From positions 8,203 to 72,202 of the forward strand of contig DATJWM010000086.1 of assembly GCA_035501255.1 (NCBI GenBank): a DNA stretch of 64,000 nt, in the 5' to 3' direction. The first letter of the stretch is position 1. Every line of letters starts with the position of its first letter. The position numbers were made by a program, and so were the translations under genes. The DNA is from Mycobacteriales bacterium. Lineage in GTDB: Bacteria; Actinomycetota; Actinomycetes; JAFAQI01. Below, in pieces: positions 57,155-64,000 of the stretch. Under the pieces are notes generated by a model that was not told the origin of the DNA, ran no database searches, and saw only the letters and a list, made by a program, of their open reading frames with translations.

Positions 57155-57913
57155 TTACCCGTGCGTCCAACGGATCCGGAACGTGTGCCTCCGATCCGCG
57201 ATCACACCCGGCCTGGATCGGACCGTGCCCGCGCGCCGCATGGTGACCGCGCGGGTGTGTGGGTAGGCGGTGATGGCCTGCGAACCCTGACCGGTCGAGG
57301 CCCGGGTGCGTGAGAAGCTCACGGGAGTGAACCGGGCAAGCGGGTCGTACCCGCACGTCTGGCAGCTCCTGGGCGAGGAGACGATCCACTCGGCCGACGC
57401 GGCCTTAGCGGTCCCCTTCCGGGTTGTCGCAAACGACCAACCGGCACTGTTCGTCAGGCGCAGCCGGTAGCGCGAACCGGTGCGCCGCACGGTCGCTGTC
57501 AGCCGGTCCCCCGGGACTACCGGGTACGTCGTCGCCGCGAGGAAGTGCACCGGCTTCGGCCACATCTGCCACCACACCCGATAGCGAGGCGTGCCGTCGA
57601 CACACGTCGTCTTCGAGCCGATCTGCTCGACGGTTCGGCTGCGGTAGCCATCGAGGCCGTCCCAGATCGCTACCGATGCATGCCCGGTCGAATCGGGACA
57701 CCGAACGGTGGGCTCCTTCCAGGTCCCGACCACAGCGGCGAACCGGTGCGGGGAGAGCACGACGTACCCGGACCAGTTCGGCGAGTGCACCGCACGGGGG
57801 GCCGCGGCGTGATTCGGCAGGCCGATGGCCGGCGGGACGAGGGCCAGGACGCCGGCTGCGGCTGTGAGCACCAACCGCCAGCCGATCCGGGCACCGATAC
57901 CGACCATCGTCAA
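57155..57913 (-). CDS. Peptidase A4 / G1 (glutamic peptidase, scytalidoglutamic-type) family secreted protein
   Basis: 252 aa. N-terminal TM/signal. G1 hallmark 'SPNWSGYVV', beta-sandwich, conserved 'AEWIVS'. Confidence 0.5.
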   Translation of the reverse strand: MTMVGIGARIGWRLVLTAAAGVLALVPPAIGLPNHAAAPRAVHSPNWSGYVVLSPHRFAAVVGTWKEPTVRCPDSTGHASVAIWDGLDGYRSRTVEQIGSKTTCVDGTPRYRVWWQMWPKPVHFLAATTYPVVPGDRLTATVRRTGSRYRLRLTNSAGWSFATTRKGTAKAASAEWIVSSPRSCQTCGYDPLARFTPVSFSRTRASTGQGSQAITAYPHTRAVTMRRAGTVRSRPGVIADRRHTFRIRWTHG

Positions 57914-59226
57914 CCCCCGACGAGCTCAGCGAGCGCGGTGGTGATCGCGACCGTTGGGCCGTCGGGTCGGCGCCACTCACCGAGCTCCTCGATCAAGCTC
58001 CGGCCGCGCGATCCGACCTCATGCAGAGCTGCGGGATCGGACAGCCAGGAACGCAAGGTATCCGCCAGGGCATGCCGGTCGGTGGGATCGTCGACCCGAA
58101 TGTAGTTCTGCCCCGGGACCAATCGCGCCCGGAACGGCACCTTGTCGGCAATCTCACCGGACAGCACGAGCGGCCGGCCGCGGCTCATTACCTCCTGCGG
58201 CACGCGACTGCGGTGCAGCGGCACATCGAAACGGCGCTCGAGCACGCACACCATCGAGCACGCGTCGAGGAATCCCGGAACCCGCCACGGGGCGATGAAC
58301 GGGAAGAGCACGGCCCGCTGCCCGATCCGATCAGTGCGGGCCACCTGGTTGAGATAGCTGCGATGGAGGCCGTCCGGGCCCCCGATCGCGCCGAGGAGGG
58401 TGATCTTCCGGGTCTCTCCCACCTGGTCGAGCGCACTAAGCAGATCGTAGGAACCTTTCGATTCGGCCACTTTGCCGTAGATACCGATCGTCGGGGCGCC
58501 CAGAAGGTCGCCGCTGCGAGCCAGGTTGTCGACCAGGACGCGTCGGGTCGACGGCGACAGTCCCATCGACCGGTACCTGTCCGCGCCCAGCGCCGCGAGC
58601 TCCTCAAAGTCCGTCATCGCGTCGGCCGACGCGAAGTACTCGGGGATCCGGCCACGCTCAACCATTCGCAGGATTGTCGGATCGGCCCCAAGCTTCTCCA
58701 GCAGTTTGGCGCTGCCCGGGCCGGTCAGGATCCGGTCTGCCTGCTTGGTCAACCAGCGGTACGCCGATCGGAGCTCCGGTTGGCGGGCGAGCCTGCCCAC
58801 GTCGCTCCCGGCGTGACGCACGATCAGCGGAATCCCGGCCGCCGTCGCCACTTGTGCGGCCACCAGGGCATAGGGCTCCCAATACCACCCGAGGACTGCG
58901 TCGTAGTCGTTGGTCTCGGTGAGCTGCGACCCAAGCCCGAACAGCTGCGACGCGAACGGTTTGGCCCAGGGGACGTAACTGCTGTCCTCGAGCGCGGTCG
59001 TGTGGTGAACCTTCACCCACCCTCCGGTCGGTGAGGCAGGAGGCTCGCTCAATCGCACCCGGTCACTGTCGGTCATCAGCGCGCGAACCGACGGTTCCGC
59101 TTGCTCGGCGTTGGTGACCACGTCGACACCGTGCCCGGCCTCGGCGATCAGTCGGGTGGTCAGGTAGGTCTGACTGGCGGTGCCCCCCTCGATCGGCGGG
59201 TACTTGCCGAACACCAGAAGCCGCAC
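57910..59226 (-). CDS. Glycosyltransferase family 4 (GT-B)
   Basis: 438 aa: 'RLLVFGKYPPIEGGTASQTY' N-terminal GT4 motif, C-terminal 'E..G.P' region 'RGRPLVLSGEIADKVP'. Confidence 0.65.
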   Translation of the reverse strand: MRLLVFGKYPPIEGGTASQTYLTTRLIAEAGHGVDVVTNAEQAEPSVRALMTDSDRVRLSEPPASPTGGWVKVHHTTALEDSSYVPWAKPFASQLFGLGSQLTETNDYDAVLGWYWEPYALVAAQVATAAGIPLIVRHAGSDVGRLARQPELRSAYRWLTKQADRILTGPGSAKLLEKLGADPTILRMVERGRIPEYFASADAMTDFEELAALGADRYRSMGLSPSTRRVLVDNLARSGDLLGAPTIGIYGKVAESKGSYDLLSALDQVGETRKITLLGAIGGPDGLHRSYLNQVARTDRIGQRAVLFPFIAPWRVPGFLDACSMVCVLERRFDVPLHRSRVPQEVMSRGRPLVLSGEIADKVPFRARLVPGQNYIRVDDPTDRHALADTLRSWLSDPAALHEVGSRGRSLIEELGEWRRPDGPTVAITTALAELVGG

Positions 59227-59350
59227 CCGCGAACGTTACCGCGATAAGACCGCCTCCCTGGACCGTTCGGGCGGCCCGCGGAGCCCGCCCCTTCACGCCG
59301 ACTTCGCAGTCCGGGAGACACCGTCCGAGCGCGCAGTGCAGGATGGTCCG

Positions 59351-62300
59351 ATGCTGCGCCGCCTCCTGCTCTCCCTCGCCGCTATCTCGGTCGTCGTCGT
59401 TGCCGTCGCCCTTCCGGTCGGCCGCGCCACCGCGAGCTCGGCGAGCTCCGACACCGCGGGGTCGACACTGGGCGACACGACGATCTCGGTGAACGACCTG
59501 CGCGACGGCTGGGACCAGGACGAACCCCAACTGTCGCCTTCGATCGTCGGCAGCTCGGACTTCGGTCAGCTGTTCAGCACGCAGGTGGACGGCCAGGTGT
59601 ATGCCGCGCCACTCGTCGTTGACCGCACCGACACCTCGCCCGGAATCCTGATCGTCGCGACCGAGAACAACGACGTCTACGGGTTGAACCCGGTCGACGG
59701 ATCGATCGAGTGGGGGCCGATCAATCTCGGGACGCCGTGGTCAGCGAGCGTTCTGGGGTGCGGCGACCTCACGCCGAACCTGGGCGTGACGTCGACACCG
59801 GTGTTCGACCCGTCAACGGACACGGTGTATGTCATGGCCAAGGACGCTCCCGACGGGGCGACGAGCACCGACCCCCGGTTCCAGTTGCACGCGCTCGACG
59901 CCCAGACCGGGGTGGAGCGCACGGGCTGGCCGGTGACGATCAGCGGGCACCCGGACAACGATCCAACCCGGACGTTCAACCCGGAGACCGCCGCACAACG
60001 CCCCGGCCTCCTGCTCCTCAACGGCGTGATCTACGCCGGCTTCGCGAGCCACTGCGACTACGGGCCCTACGTCGGGTACGTCGTCGGCGTGAGCACCTCA
60101 ACCGCAACCAGGACCGCAATGTTCTCCACCGAGGCCGGATCGGACAATGGAGAAGGCGGGATCTGGCAGGGCGGTGGAGGTCTGGTCTCCGATGGGGACA
60201 ACCAGATCATCGTCTCCACCGGAAACGGCAACACCGCCCCGGTCGCGCCGAGCGACGCACCGCCCGCCGACCTCAGCGAGGCGGTCGTGCGACTTCAGGT
60301 GCAATCCGACGGCACTCTGAAGCCGACCGACTGGTTCAGCCCGGCGAACGGCGCATCGCTCAACCAGACCGACTCCGACCTCGGGTCCGGCGGTCCACTC
60401 GCGATTCCCGACGGCTACGGAACGTCGAGCTATCCGCACCTGTTGGTGCAAGCGGGCAAGGACGGGCGGGTCTTCCTGCTGAACCGCGACGAGCTCGGCG
60501 GGGAGGCCCAGGGGCCGGGCGGCACGGACGACGTCTTGAACATGATCCAGCTGGGGCACGGACAGTGGGGTCACCCGGCGTTTTGGGGAGGGACGCCGGA
60601 CACCGACTCGGCGGGTGGCTACGTCTACATCGACCCATCCGAGAGCAGCCTGCAGGCCCTCAAGCTCACCGCGAACGGCTCGGGAACACCGCAGCTCGTG
60701 GCGACGGCCACCAGCGCCAATATCTTCCACTACACCTCCGGCTCACCGATCGTCACCTCGGACGGAACGACCGCAGGCAGTGCGCTCGTCTGGGTCGTGA
60801 GCGTTCATGACTCGAGCGGTGCGCAACCGATGCTCTACGCCTACAACGCCGAGCCCGACAACGGCGTCCTCGACAAGGTTTACAGCGCACCGCTCGATCC
60901 GCCAGGGGTCGCGAACACCGACGCACGGGGGGTGAAGTTCACCACCGTGGCCACCGACAACGGACGGGTCTTCGTCGGCACCCGCGATGGCTACGTGTTC
61001 GGGTTCGGCCATCCGTCGGGTTCGCCGGTGTATGCACCGCACACCGACTTCGGACCCGTGCCCGTCGGGACGAGCTCGTCCACGGTTGCGGTGACCCTGA
61101 CGGCCTCCCGGCCAGTCGAGGTGACCGGTGTCTCGACGAATGCGCCGTTCCACCTCGTCGACACGACGCCGGCGCTTCCCGTGACCCTCGACACAAACGA
61201 CACGATGACGGTCGACCTCACGATGACACCGACCGTCCCGGGCGACCAATCCGGGACGCTCACCGTGGACACCGCCGAAGCAGGAGGGGCGATCACCGGC
61301 ACGGTCGACTTCGGTCTGTCCGGTTACGGCACCAGCCCGGGTCTGGTGGCGAACCCATCGTTCGTCGACTTCGGGACCGTACCGATTCCCGGTTACGCCT
61401 CCGAGGGGGTGAACCTCGTCAACACATCGGGGGAGGACGAGACGATCTCGAGCGTGACCCCGCTGAGCGCGCCGTTCTCCTCCACCGACCTGCAGTCATT
61501 GGTGGGCCAGGTGCTGCCGGCGGGCGCATCGATCGCCGTGCCGTTGGTGTACTCGCCGACAATCGCGTCGACCAACGACGCGGCCACGCTCACGATCAGT
61601 GTCACCAGTCAAGACAACCCCGACCCTGTGCCCGTGTCGATCCCATTGTCGGGCGCGGCGATCGTCGGCGCGCCGAAGCTGGTGCGCAAGCCACGCACCC
61701 TCGACTTCGGGCCGGTCGCCCAAGGTGCGTCCCGCACGTTGACGTTCCAGATCTACAACGCGGGCAACGTCTTGCTGAAGATCGACAAGGCCAAGGCGCC
61801 GTTCGGTCAGTTCTACGCTGCACTGCCAGTCGATGAAGGGGCGACGATCCAGCCCGACCAGGCCATCGTTCAATCGGTGACCTTCGCGCCAACGAAGAAG
61901 GGCACGTCGACCGCGACGTACGAGGTCACCGGCAATGACTCCTCGGGAGCGCAGTACGAACAACTGGTCGGCCTCGACGACCAACTCACCGATCGCTACA
62001 ACCGCGATCAAGCGCTGCAGAGCCAACTCGGGAAGCCCCACGGCCCGACCACCAAGGTGGGCGGAGGATACGAACGGCTCTTCGCGCACGGCGAGATGTT
62101 CTGGTCAACCAAGGGTGGAATTCGTGCGTTGACGCGGCCCATTCTCACCAAGTACCTCGCGTTGGGTGGTCCGAGCGCCGCGATCGGCTACCCGTCGTCC
62201 AACGTCGTCGCGCTGTCGCCCAAGGGCCATCGGGTGCGGTTCGTCAGCGGCTGGTCGATCTACTCATCGAAGCGTTCGGGCGCCTGGTCGGTGCACGGGC

Positions 62301-62458
62301 GCACGGGCACGAAGTGGATCAAGCTCGGCGCGCAGCACTCCTCCCTCGGTTTTCCGACGAGCGATCCGAAGGCGATCGCCGGCGGGACCAAGCAGACCTT
62401 CGAGCACGGCTCGATCACCTGGACGAGGGCGCACGGGTACGTGGTCACCCACACCTGA
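59351..62458 (+). CDS. Large secreted protein: PQQ-like beta-propeller + Ig-like/choice-of-anchor-D-like domains + C-terminal LGFP repeats
   Basis: Start at ATG 59351 ('MLRRLLLSLAAISVVVVAVALPVGRATA'). Propeller repeats 'NDVYGLNPVDGSIEWG', 'DTVYVMAKD..LHALDAQTGVERTGWP'. C-terminal LGFP repeats 'LGKPHGPTTKVGGGYERLFAHGEMFW' and 'LGFPTSDPKAIAGGTKQTFEHGSITW'. Confidence 0.65.
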   Translation: MLRRLLLSLAAISVVVVAVALPVGRATASSASSDTAGSTLGDTTISVNDLRDGWDQDEPQLSPSIVGSSDFGQLFSTQVDGQVYAAPLVVDRTDTSPGILIVATENNDVYGLNPVDGSIEWGPINLGTPWSASVLGCGDLTPNLGVTSTPVFDPSTDTVYVMAKDAPDGATSTDPRFQLHALDAQTGVERTGWPVTISGHPDNDPTRTFNPETAAQRPGLLLLNGVIYAGFASHCDYGPYVGYVVGVSTSTATRTAMFSTEAGSDNGEGGIWQGGGGLVSDGDNQIIVSTGNGNTAPVAPSDAPPADLSEAVVRLQVQSDGTLKPTDWFSPANGASLNQTDSDLGSGGPLAIPDGYGTSSYPHLLVQAGKDGRVFLLNRDELGGEAQGPGGTDDVLNMIQLGHGQWGHPAFWGGTPDTDSAGGYVYIDPSESSLQALKLTANGSGTPQLVATATSANIFHYTSGSPIVTSDGTTAGSALVWVVSVHDSSGAQPMLYAYNAEPDNGVLDKVYSAPLDPPGVANTDARGVKFTTVATDNGRVFVGTRDGYVFGFGHPSGSPVYAPHTDFGPVPVGTSSSTVAVTLTASRPVEVTGVSTNAPFHLVDTTPALPVTLDTNDTMTVDLTMTPTVPGDQSGTLTVDTAEAGGAITGTVDFGLSGYGTSPGLVANPSFVDFGTVPIPGYASEGVNLVNTSGEDETISSVTPLSAPFSSTDLQSLVGQVLPAGASIAVPLVYSPTIASTNDAATLTISVTSQDNPDPVPVSIPLSGAAIVGAPKLVRKPRTLDFGPVAQGASRTLTFQIYNAGNVLLKIDKAKAPFGQFYAALPVDEGATIQPDQAIVQSVTFAPTKKGTSTATYEVTGNDSSGAQYEQLVGLDDQLTDRYNRDQALQSQLGKPHGPTTKVGGGYERLFAHGEMFWSTKGGIRALTRPILTKYLALGGPSAAIGYPSSNVVALSPKGHRVRFVSGWSIYSSKRSGAWSVHGRTGTKWIKLGAQHSSLGFPTSDPKAIAGGTKQTFEHGSITWTRAHGYVVTHT

Positions 62459-62549
62459 GCACGCCACAGGCTGCACGGCCGGATAGGCGCGTGGACGATC
62501 GGCTCGGCGCGTATTGCCGGGTGGCCGGAATCATGTAAAGGTATCGGCC

Positions 62550-64000
62550 ATGACGGCGTACGTCTCGTTCCTTTTGCTCGGCCTGGCAAACGGGGCGACG
62601 TACGCGGCGCTGGGTCTCGCGCTGGTCGTGACCTACCGCAGCTCGAAGGTGATGAACCTCGCGGTGAGCGCGATCGCGCTCTTTGCAGCGACCATCTACG
62701 CCGGCTTGCGAAGCGGCCAGGTACCGCTGCTGCTTCCGGGGCTCCCTGAAACCTGGAACATCGGCGGCGAGCTCGGATTCCTGCCGGCGGCCCTGCTGGC
62801 CCTGGCCGTCACCGCGGCTCTCGGTCTGATCCTCTACCTCCTCGTGTTCCGACCTCTGCGCTCGGCGCCGGGAGTCGCCACCGCGGTCGCCTCGCTCGGA
62901 ATCTCCGTAGTGCTGACGAGCCTCATCGCCTTGCGTAGCGGCACGGCTCCCCCACCGGTCCCCGAGGTATTCCCCTCGGGCCTGATCCACATCGGCGGAG
63001 TGTCCGTGCCGAAGGACCGGGTCTGGTTCGCACTCACGGTGATCGCGATTGCACTGGTCGTCGGTGCGATCTGGAAACACACCCGGTTCGGCCTAATCAG
63101 CCGCGCGGTCTCGCAGAACGAAAAGGGGGCGTTCGTCTCGGGGATCCCCGCGGACCGGGTGGCCGCGGCGAGCTGGATGATCAGCACGATGGTCGCCGGT
63201 CTCGCCGGGATCCTGATGGCGCCGATCGTCGCCCCGGTTCCGATCAACTACGCCTTGTTCCTCGTCCCCGCCCTCGCGGTCGCGACCCTCGGCGGTTTCG
63301 AGTCGATTTGGGCGGCCGTGGCGGGTGGGCTCGCCGTCGGGATGATCCAATCGGTGCTCAACTACGCGCAGGCGAAGCACACCTGGTTGCCGAGTTCGGG
63401 ACTTGCCGAGTTCGTGCCGCTGGCGTTGTTGCTGATTGTTCTGGTCGTACGGGCCAAACCGCTGCCGAGCCGCGGAATGTACGAGGCCCGCCGCCTGGGC
63501 CACGCCCCGCGGGCTTACCACCTGCTTCCCACCGCAGCAGCAGCGACGGTCGTGGCGGCGGTCGGGCTCGGGCTCCTTCACCACCAGTGGCGGGCGGCGT
63601 TGCTCGTCACCGTGATCTTCGCGTTGATCTCTCTGTCGCAGATGGTCGTGACCGGCTTGTCCGGGCAGATCTCCCTGGTGCAACTCCCCCTGGCCGGGGT
63701 GGCAGCCTTCCTGACCGCGGAGCTTTCCGCCTATTGGACGATGCCGTGGGGTGGACACCTGCCGTTCCCGCTGACCACGTTGGTTGCCGCCCTCGGCGCC
63801 ACCGTGGTCGGGGTCGTCTTCGCACTCCCGGCCGTGCGGATTCGCGGCCTGGCCGTCGCGGTGCTGACCCTTGCCCTCGGCGTGGAGTTGGAAGCGTTGT
63901 GGTTCCGCAACTACGACATCGTGGGGGCGTCGGGGAAGAACGTGGACGGCCCGTCGCTGTTCGGCTGGGATCTGTCGGTGGGTGGCGGAGCCGGATACCC
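62550..64000 (+). CDS. Branched-chain amino acid ABC transporter permease, fused LivH-LivM type (3'-partial)
   Basis: Hand-translated continuous frame from ATG 62550 to the window end ('MTAYVSFLLLGLANGATYAALGLALVVTYRSSKVMNLAVSA...'). Not on the ORF track because no stop occurs in the window. Polytopic, with LivH-like then LivM-like halves. Confidence 0.7.
   Translation, partial: MTAYVSFLLLGLANGATYAALGLALVVTYRSSKVMNLAVSAIALFAATIYAGLRSGQVPLLLPGLPETWNIGGELGFLPAALLALAVTAALGLILYLLVFRPLRSAPGVATAVASLGISVVLTSLIALRSGTAPPPVPEVFPSGLIHIGGVSVPKDRVWFALTVIAIALVVGAIWKHTRFGLISRAVSQNEKGAFVSGIPADRVAAASWMISTMVAGLAGILMAPIVAPVPINYALFLVPALAVATLGGFESIWAAVAGGLAVGMIQSVLNYAQAKHTWLPSSGLAEFVPLALLLIVLVVRAKPLPSRGMYEARRLGHAPRAYHLLPTAAAATVVAAVGLGLLHHQWRAALLVTVIFALISLSQMVVTGLSGQISLVQLPLAGVAAFLTAELSAYWTMPWGGHLPFPLTTLVAALGATVVGVVFALPAVRIRGLAVAVLTLALGVELEALWFRNYDIVGASGKNVDGPSLFGWDLSVGGGAGY

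Noticed and set aside
56873-57266. Three overlapping ORFs (Ala/Gly-rich, Arg/Ser-rich, Arg/Leu-rich) over the CGG repeat
   Set aside because: Frame artefacts of the GC-rich tandem repeat. The Tat-signal/TIG frame is continuous and biologically coherent.

Overview
High-GC actinobacterial chromosomal window (mycobacteria/Acidimicrobiia-like codon usage), densely coding, with no rRNA, tRNA, CRISPR or recognisable mobile elements. Five blocks stand out. (1) ~830-16250, minus strand: a phosphate-uptake locus pstC-pstA-pstS preceded by a PHO-box-like direct repeat and running straight into seven co-oriented genes for secreted or surface-anchored proteins. These include a sortase-fold protein with no catalytic Cys, two PstS-like domain proteins, and proteins sharing a linker + C-terminal TM + Arg-tail architecture. 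An orphan pstB lies 11 kb away, and a divergent His13 protein carries an 'MPFTG' sorting-signal-like anchor. (2) ~17.6-36.2 kb: YegP, ppk2, dipZ, a class V aminotransferase, a TetR/MFS pair with tandem palindromic operators, an ABC ATPase with a cNMP-binding domain plus FtsX permease, and furA-katG. (3) 36.3-38.2 kb: a UDP-sulfoquinovose-synthase (SQD1)-like gene translationally coupled to cysH. (4) 39.5-50.0 kb, minus strand: an 11-gene catabolic operon (ALDH, amidohydrolase, ferredoxin, SDR, P450, Ddn-like, acyl-CoA synthetase, CoA-transferase, DUF35, Ltp-thiolase, TetR). (5) 50.1-57.1 kb: the most unusual block, a tightly coupled operon of an APH-like kinase, a hypothetical protein, a DUF692 (MbnB/TglH-like) enzyme, an ACAD-like protein, a JmjC/cupin hydroxylase and an Stf0-like sulfotransferase. 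It is followed by a Tat-secreted protein with two IPT/TIG domains, a (TP)10 linker and a C-terminal poly(Cys-Gly-Gly) tail encoded by a (TGCGGCGGC)n DNA repeat. I propose this as a candidate new Cys-modification / RiPP-like system acting on a full-size secreted protein. All calls rest on reading the translations and DNA by eye; no database searches were run.
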